From Thermoproteota archaeon (lineage in GTDB: Archaea; Thermoproteota; Thermoprotei_A; Sulfolobales; Ignisphaeraceae): a stretch of DNA of 64,000 nt. The stretch is from contig JAUQPB010000001.1 in assembly GCA_030550585.1 (NCBI GenBank), forward strand, positions 512,001-576,000, given 5' to 3'. The notes beneath the pieces were generated by a model, which searched no databases, was not told where the DNA came from, and was given only the letters and a program-made list of their open reading frames with translations. The translations under genes and the position numbers were made by a program. Position 1 is the stretch's first letter; each line of letters opens with the position of its first letter. Below, one piece after another: positions 58,770 to 64,000 of this stretch.

Positions 58770-59234
58770 TTGAAAATATGGTGCAAGTCCACGAAGCCTG
58801 AAGAAGTTATAGAATCTTTGAAGAACTTCTTAGAGAATGATACAATAGTATTTACCGCAGTTGAAGAAGCAAATACTCTAGGCTATAACGTAATACAATT
58901 TTTAATTGGTCTAGACATAGATGGTGTATCTAGTTATGTGGTATTTCAATATACCCCATTAGCTGATGAGCTAATTCCAATAGCTCTCATAGTAGAGTTC
59001 AACGACGCTCTTTCCAAAGAAATCAATTTTAACTCTATAGCAGGTCTTGTAATGGATTCTGGTGGATTTATATTTGGCTCGGGAGAGGCGACAGGAATTC
59101 TATTTCCACTATCAAGTATAGATGACGTTAAAAAGGCTTTGAATAGTGTTCTGCCCACACTTATATCAAAGCTTTTTAACAAAGTCGTTAGAGTTGTTAT
59201 TAATGGGTACAAACTAGATTACATTCAGATATAA
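58770..59234 (+). CDS. Hypothetical protein
   Basis: 154-aa ORF filling the gap between gatC and ala; no motif recognised. Confidence 0.65.
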   Translation: MKIWCKSTKPEEVIESLKNFLENDTIVFTAVEEANTLGYNVIQFLIGLDIDGVSSYVVFQYTPLADELIPIALIVEFNDALSKEINFNSIAGLVMDSGGFIFGSGEATGILFPLSSIDDVKKALNSVLPTLISKLFNKVVRVVINGYKLDYIQI

Positions 59235-59320
59235 CCCTGCTTATGACCGCCAATCACTGTTTTTATAACTCATTAAAAAATTTTAATCTTCTGCATAAAT
59301 CAGGCTATAAGTGATACAAG

Positions 59321-60310
59321 ATGGTTGACATATTATTTTTGAATGCTAACGAAATTGAGAAAATTATCGATATAAAGAGGGTTATAGAGTTAGTTGAGGT
59401 AGCGTTTAAGGAAAAGGGTTTGAAGAGAGTTCAGATGCCTCCTAAAACATACCTGTTTTTCACAAAGTACGATGGAGATTTAAGAACAATGCCAGCCTAT
59501 TTAGAGTCCCTAGATATAGCAGCTGTGAAGGTGGTTAATTCCCATCCGAAGAATTCACAAAGATATGGATTGCCTACTGTAATGGCTGTAATAATATTGG
59601 TCGAACCACACTCAGGAAGACCTCTTGCCATAATGGATGGAACTGTTATAACTAGGTATAGGACAGGGGCGGCAGTTGCTATAGCAACAAAGTATTTGTG
59701 GGGGATGAAGGAGGCTCATGTAGGACTTATTGGAGCAGGTTCTGTGGCTACACACTCCCTTGAGGCATTGGTGCACGTGGTTAAAGTACGTTCTGTAGCG
59801 ATATATGACATCGATTATGAAAAGGCTGCTAAGCTAGCGCAAAACGTTCAGAACAGATATGGTATAGAGTCGAGAGCTGTTAAATCTCCCTATGAAGCTG
59901 TAAAAGAAGCTGAAGTCATAGTAACTGCAACACCTTCGAGAAGCCCTATTATAAAGAATGAGTGGGTAAGAGAGGGTATTCATATAAATGCTATGGGTGC
60001 TGATGCACCGGGCAAAGAAGAGTTAGATCCACTCATATTAAAGAGAGCTAAAATAGTTGTTGACGACTATGACCAAGCTATACATAGTGGGGAAATCAAT
60101 GTACCTATATCATCAGGTCTTCTAAAACCGAGTGATATATATGCCGAACTCGGTGAAATAGTTGCTGGATTGAAGAAGGGCAGGGAATCAGATGAAGAGA
60201 TAACGGTGTTTACCTCAACTGGGCTGGCTATACAAGATGCTATAACAGCTTGGTACATATATAATGAGGCTATCAAGAAGGGTGTTGGAACAACCCTAAA
60301 ACTTTTGTAA
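59321..60310 (+). CDS. ala: Alanine dehydrogenase (ornithine cyclodeaminase/mu-crystallin family)
   Basis: MPPK.YL, GDLRTMPAY, KVVNSHP.N, RTGAA, IGAG, AMGADAPGKEEL, STGLAIQD. Confidence 0.9.
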   Translation: MVDILFLNANEIEKIIDIKRVIELVEVAFKEKGLKRVQMPPKTYLFFTKYDGDLRTMPAYLESLDIAAVKVVNSHPKNSQRYGLPTVMAVIILVEPHSGRPLAIMDGTVITRYRTGAAVAIATKYLWGMKEAHVGLIGAGSVATHSLEALVHVVKVRSVAIYDIDYEKAAKLAQNVQNRYGIESRAVKSPYEAVKEAEVIVTATPSRSPIIKNEWVREGIHINAMGADAPGKEELDPLILKRAKIVVDDYDQAIHSGEINVPISSGLLKPSDIYAELGEIVAGLKKGRESDEEITVFTSTGLAIQDAITAWYIYNEAIKKGVGTTLKLL

Positions 60311-60313
60311 ACG

Positions 60314-60371
60314 TATCAGATAAAGGAATTCCAATCATATATTCTCATGAGGGGTGGAGTATCATCATCTA
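60314..60371 (-). ncRNA. Box C/D guide sRNA with two guides antisense to 16S rRNA
   Basis: Minus strand: C ATGATGA 60368-62, D' ATGA 60348-45, C' ATGATTG 60338-32, D CTGA 60319-16; guides CTCCACCCCT and AATTCCTTTA complement conserved 16S AGGGGUGGAG and UAAAGGAAUU. Confidence 0.85.
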
Positions 60372-61096
60372 CCGAAAAACTTTTGAAGAGTTGTCTGCTT
60401 TGATATAAGAGTCTTTATCTGCGGATCATCTGTTGCAATGCCGTCTACACCATATCCAATCACCTTCAATGCTATAGCAACATCGTTAACAGTCCACGTA
60501 TACACCCTCAATCTTTTTGAGCGGATCTCTTTAACCACTCTTGGAGAAATGGTATTAAACCTTGGTAGTATGGCAAACGCCTTTATCTTCAAGGCAAATT
60601 CTATTGGCATTAGATGAGAATATGTTAATAAGCCTACTTCAAGCTTTTCATCTAAGCCCTTTAGTTTTGCTAAAACATCATAATTAAATGATATCAATAG
60701 ACAGTTTTCATAAATGTTGTACTGTTTTATCAGAGTTGCTACAACATTTTCTATCCCTTCATCTTTTAGCTCAATAAACATTGGTATCTTATTGCCAAAC
60801 TCCTGCAAAACCTCCTCGAAGGTGGGTATAGTTTCCTCTCCAAAAATTTTAATGTTTTTCAATTCATTTACCCGTAGCTCAGAAACTTTCTTAGGTATGC
60901 CAGCAACTCTCTTTAGATCCTCATCATGTAGAACTATAGGCACTCCATCAAGAGTTCTACGAAGATCAAATTCAATTGCATCTGCACCCATCTCTATGGC
61001 TTTTCTAAAAGATTTTATTGTGTTCTCTGGTGCGTGTGCAGAGGCCCCTCTGTGTGCAATAACTAAAAACTTCTCCTTCCAACTCATATTCTTCAT
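60365..61096 (-). CDS. Glycerophosphodiester phosphodiesterase (GDPD) with C-terminal PIP box
   Basis: IAHRGAS..APENT, IEFD, LHD, IELK, ISF, WTVND, GVDGIATDDP; ends KQTTLQKFFGR. Confidence 0.93.
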   Translation of the reverse strand: MKNMSWKEKFLVIAHRGASAHAPENTIKSFRKAIEMGADAIEFDLRRTLDGVPIVLHDEDLKRVAGIPKKVSELRVNELKNIKIFGEETIPTFEEVLQEFGNKIPMFIELKDEGIENVVATLIKQYNIYENCLLISFNYDVLAKLKGLDEKLEVGLLTYSHLMPIEFALKIKAFAILPRFNTISPRVVKEIRSKRLRVYTWTVNDVAIALKVIGYGVDGIATDDPQIKTLISKQTTLQKFFGR

Positions 61097-61920
61097 CCCT
61101 TTGTAACACTTCTCGAGGCTATTTCCTGGTAGAGGTGGTATAGCTCTGATTTTGATGGATCTGAGTTTGCTGAAATCAAATCATTGTACATTTTTCTGGC
61201 AAGCGTTTCAACGTCTATTCCAGGCTCAATACAGATTTGAGCATCTTTGTGATGGCGCATAATTGTTATGAGGGTTAATGAAAATGCTGCTAAATCATCG
61301 TTGCTGACCTTCGATTCCTCTACTTTTCTCTTCATCAAATCTATAAGCTGTGTAAAATAGGGATCTTCTCCAAGTTCTTTCACAGTCTCTAAATCTCTTA
61401 AAATTATCTTTGTAGCAACTTCAGCAAAGGCATTTAGTGGTGGAAGCATATCATCACTATTTACACATGGAATTCTGAGCCGCTTTTGATCAACAGTCGC
61501 TTGTTGTGAGATTATGGACATTAGCGAAATGACTTCTCTAAGCATATTCATCAATTTGATAATATCGGCAACCTTCTGATACTCTATTAAACACCTTCTT
61601 GAAACAGAGTGTGCATCAAAACCGAACTTGGATGGTGCCAGTCCCACAAGCCTCTCTAGAAAAGCTATCTCATTTTTTTCAGCTCTAAGCAAAAACTGTG
61701 CAAGTCTTCTTTGTAATAAGACTATATCGCTATAGCTAATGCCATGCATTCTAGCAACATTGATACTATGTAAAGCTATGGTTATTGCTAGAGCTGCATA
61801 AGGTTTGGTAAGAAAATCAATCTTGCTTATCACATCGCTGCTTAGAACTCCTTGAACTCTATAACACTTATGCAGCTTCAGTATAGCATCGACAAAGTCG
61901 TTGTATTTAGTTAAGCTCAT
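61093..61920 (-). CDS. Hypothetical alpha-helical protein, translationally coupled to GDPD
   Basis: 275-aa ORF; stop overlaps GDPD ATG (ATGA 61096-61093). Confidence 0.8.
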   Translation of the reverse strand: MSLTKYNDFVDAILKLHKCYRVQGVLSSDVISKIDFLTKPYAALAITIALHSINVARMHGISYSDIVLLQRRLAQFLLRAEKNEIAFLERLVGLAPSKFGFDAHSVSRRCLIEYQKVADIIKLMNMLREVISLMSIISQQATVDQKRLRIPCVNSDDMLPPLNAFAEVATKIILRDLETVKELGEDPYFTQLIDLMKRKVEESKVSNDDLAAFSLTLITIMRHHKDAQICIEPGIDVETLARKMYNDLISANSDPSKSELYHLYQEIASRSVTKG

Positions 61921-62043
61921 TATATATCACTAGATCGTCAGTAGACCAGCAGTGTAGTATTCCAGAGAAGAGAGTAAAAAATTTATGGTGACGATGATGC
62001 TTATAGCCAAGAACGACATCTAATACAATATTCAAGATTATTG

Positions 62044-62277
62044 TTACCTTTCAACAACAATAAGTGTTGTTGTTGCTTTGATGTGGGGCAACCTTCTAAT
62101 TCTTGATATAACAGCATTTCTCAATTTATCAAAGTTTTCAGCTTCGACTATGGCCACCACATCGTATATACCATAAACTATGTGAACCTCTTTAACCTCT
62201 GGGATTTGTGATAAAAGTTTCACAACCTCTTCCTCCATACCAACATCAGTATTTAGTAATACGATGGCTTTTGCCAA
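62044..62277 (-). CDS. Stand-alone Lrp/AsnC ligand-binding (RAM) domain protein
   Basis: AIVLLN...G.E..V, V.EVHIVYG.YDVVA.VEA, IR....I..T.TLI; no HTH. Confidence 0.9.
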   Translation of the reverse strand: MAKAIVLLNTDVGMEEEVVKLLSQIPEVKEVHIVYGIYDVVAIVEAENFDKLRNAVISRIRRLPHIKATTTLIVVER

Positions 62278-62337
62278 GACTAGTCCCCAGTATATAATTA
62301 GGAAGAGGCAGTATAAAAAGCTTAATTAATATAACAC

Positions 62338-62754
62338 TTAATCTCCAATAACAACAATTATAACATTCCTAACAGATCTAGGCCCATCCATTTCAACTAA
62401 AAATATGTTTTGCCAAGTACCTCTAACAAGCCGGCCATTTATTACTGGAAAAACTCTTTCAGCACCTATTATGGCTGAGCCTATGTGAGCATGAGCATTG
62501 GTGTCAATAATATTGTGCTTCCACTCCCTCTCAGGTTTTACAAGCTCTTTAATAAACGTTATTATATCGTTGAGGAGGCCAGACTCACTCTCATTGGCAA
62601 TTATCGCAGCTGTTGCATGAGGTGCGAAAACAAGGCAAAGACCATTCTTGATTCCACTCCTTTTTACTGTGTTTTCAACGTGTTCTGTTATATCGATTAG
62701 CTCAAATTGCTTTGTTGTCGAAATTTTTATAGTCTCGTAAAAAACCTTGCACAA
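62338..62754 (-). CDS. YjbQ/UPF0047 family protein
   Basis: IDIT, HATAAI..NE.E, NAHAHI, GTWQNIFLVE.DGPR; TTG 62754 after GGTG. Confidence 0.93.
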   Translation of the reverse strand: MCKVFYETIKISTTKQFELIDITEHVENTVKRSGIKNGLCLVFAPHATAAIIANESESGLLNDIITFIKELVKPEREWKHNIIDTNAHAHIGSAIIGAERVFPVINGRLVRGTWQNIFLVEMDGPRSVRNVIIVVIGD

Positions 62755-62820
62755 GATGTTTGCACCTAGGTATAGAGGATAGAACAACGTTAAAAACTGT
62801 TATGTTTTATTTGTTTACCT

Positions 62821-63228
62821 TTACGATGCTTGAAGCGATTCTGTTTGCGACCCTTGCTGTGGGATGGGCTTCAGCATCTTATATACAGCATCCTTGATTC
62901 CTGCCCTAATCAATAACCTCTCTAGTCTATATAGTTGCTCATGGGCAACATCAATTGTTTTGGCCATTTGGGCTATTGGAATACCGTTAGCTCTCGCATA
63001 GAGAAGGTATATCAGAGTTCTTATACTGTGTGGATGCCTAAGTGATGATGCAATAGCCGAATCGAATACGAGCCAGTCCAGCAACTCTATGTGTGCTTTT
63101 GCCCATTCTGCGATTTCTGGAGGTAATTCGAATGAGTGTTCAACTCTTTTTCTAAATACAACTCTATTATCTAGTATCATAAGCTTTCTTTTCTTCCTCC
63201 TTCTTTTCTCAATCATAACCTCCGACAT
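62821..63228 (-). CDS. Hypothetical protein with basic N-terminus and C-terminal HTH-like motif
   Basis: KRRRKKRK; IPIAQMAKTIDVAHEQLYRLER; GAAGGTG SD. Confidence 0.8.
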   Translation of the reverse strand: MSEVMIEKRRRKKRKLMILDNRVVFRKRVEHSFELPPEIAEWAKAHIELLDWLVFDSAIASSLRHPHSIRTLIYLLYARANGIPIAQMAKTIDVAHEQLYRLERLLIRAGIKDAVYKMLKPIPQQGSQTESLQAS

Positions 63229-63369
63229 GTTCTTGGCACCTTCAACTCTTACTCCAATAAGAATATGGAATTCTAGTTAATAAATTTTATTGTTTCTAGC
63301 TCTGCAAACCAGATTCTGAAAACACAAAACATTTTAACCAATCTAGGACATACGGCAACTAGAGCAAAC

Positions 63370-63819
63370 ATGGTGGAAGATAGTTTTAAGATTGAGAAAC
63401 TATTAGAGCTTGAGCTCAGAGTTGTAAATAGACACTTACCACTTCAGAGACTCCCAATCGATGAGCTAATTAACATGCCACAACCTTATGTAAAACTGCG
63501 TGACGGGTCGTTGCACGTATTTAAGAGGTCTGAGCTTAAAAAACTTAGATCTCATCTTACTGATGAAGAGGCAAAGAAATTGCTTCTCCCCATAATAATC
63601 GTATTGAGACCAGATCTAGGTGAGGGAGTAGCTGTTATAGAGGATCCAATTGCAGCGCGTGTGGTGGCAAAAATCCTCGGTATCAAGTACAGCGATGCCA
63701 ATAAACTTACTCTCTACAAGCCTCATATCGCTCTTCTCAGAAGCTCCTATGACACGCTATTCCAATTTGCGCTCTCAATAGATTTTTCGTCAGAGCGAGA
63801 AAGTCAGATCAGTCCTTAG
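63370..63819 (+). CDS. DUF61/UPF0216 family protein
   Basis: NRHLP..R, P.V.LRDGSLH.F.RSEL, LLLPIII pattern. Confidence 0.8.
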   Translation: MVEDSFKIEKLLELELRVVNRHLPLQRLPIDELINMPQPYVKLRDGSLHVFKRSELKKLRSHLTDEEAKKLLLPIIIVLRPDLGEGVAVIEDPIAARVVAKILGIKYSDANKLTLYKPHIALLRSSYDTLFQFALSIDFSSERESQISP

Positions 63820-63877
63820 AAAATGGTCAGTAATATTTTTATATATTATTGCCGCAAATAAATTATCGGAGATATTC

Positions 63878-64000
63878 ATGTCTAAAAACATTCCGGAGGT
63901 CGAGGGCGCGGGGCTCAGAACAGAGTTAATAATTGATAACAATGTGTTTAGCATTTATTGCGATCCCGATGAAATTTTAGAGTGCAATGACGATGCTTGT
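63878..64000 (+). CDS. Possible CDS start, truncated by window end
   Basis: ATG 63878 open to the end: MSKNIPEVEGAGLRTELIIDNNVFSIYCDPDEILECNDDAC; TATA-like sequence near 63838. Confidence 0.45.
   Translation, partial: MSKNIPEVEGAGLRTELIIDNNVFSIYCDPDEILECNDDAC

Noticed and set aside
59225-59258. Minus-strand GTGATTG...CTGA
   Set aside because: Spacing fits neither half of a C/D RNA and there are no internal boxes
731-63280. Many antisense or nested ORFs in the track (e.g. 731-1333, 12102-12854, 20162-20854, 45429-46244)
   Set aside because: They lie opposite or inside well-identified genes and have no recognisable motifs; shadow ORFs

Overview
Core-genome window of a hyperthermophilic crenarchaeon, most likely Desulfurococcales (Ignisphaera-like; taxon is inference from Cren7, Alba1/Alba2, reverse gyrase, the eocyte-type EF-1alpha insert and gene order). 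It holds translation/transcription superoperons (rps7-tuf-rps10-tRNA-Ser; rps13-rps4-rps11-rpo3-...-rps2; rpl7ae-...-rpo7; eif5a-srp54-pus10-...-rpo11), the isoprenoid cluster (ipk-fni-GGPPS), a peptide/nickel-family ABC importer, a 13-gene Mrp-linked group 4 [NiFe] hydrogenase, gatCAB and three tRNAs. No CRISPR array, IS element or provirus was seen. Main unexpected signals: (1) a glycerophosphodiester phosphodiesterase ending in a canonical PCNA-binding PIP box, coupled to an unknown helical protein and followed by a box C/D RNA; (2) two well-supported box C/D guide RNAs absent from the ORF track, one predicted to methylate wobble U34 of the tRNA-Val(UAC) encoded in this window, the other two nearby 16S rRNA sites; (3) a split ORF joined by a -1 slippery heptamer; (4) a degenerate mevalonate-kinase-like protein; (5) single-gene inversions inside a conserved operon; (6) a probable ATA start codon; (7) an EF-1alpha insertion at the site of the animal/fungal signature insertion. 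All product calls come from motif recognition and synteny, not database searches.
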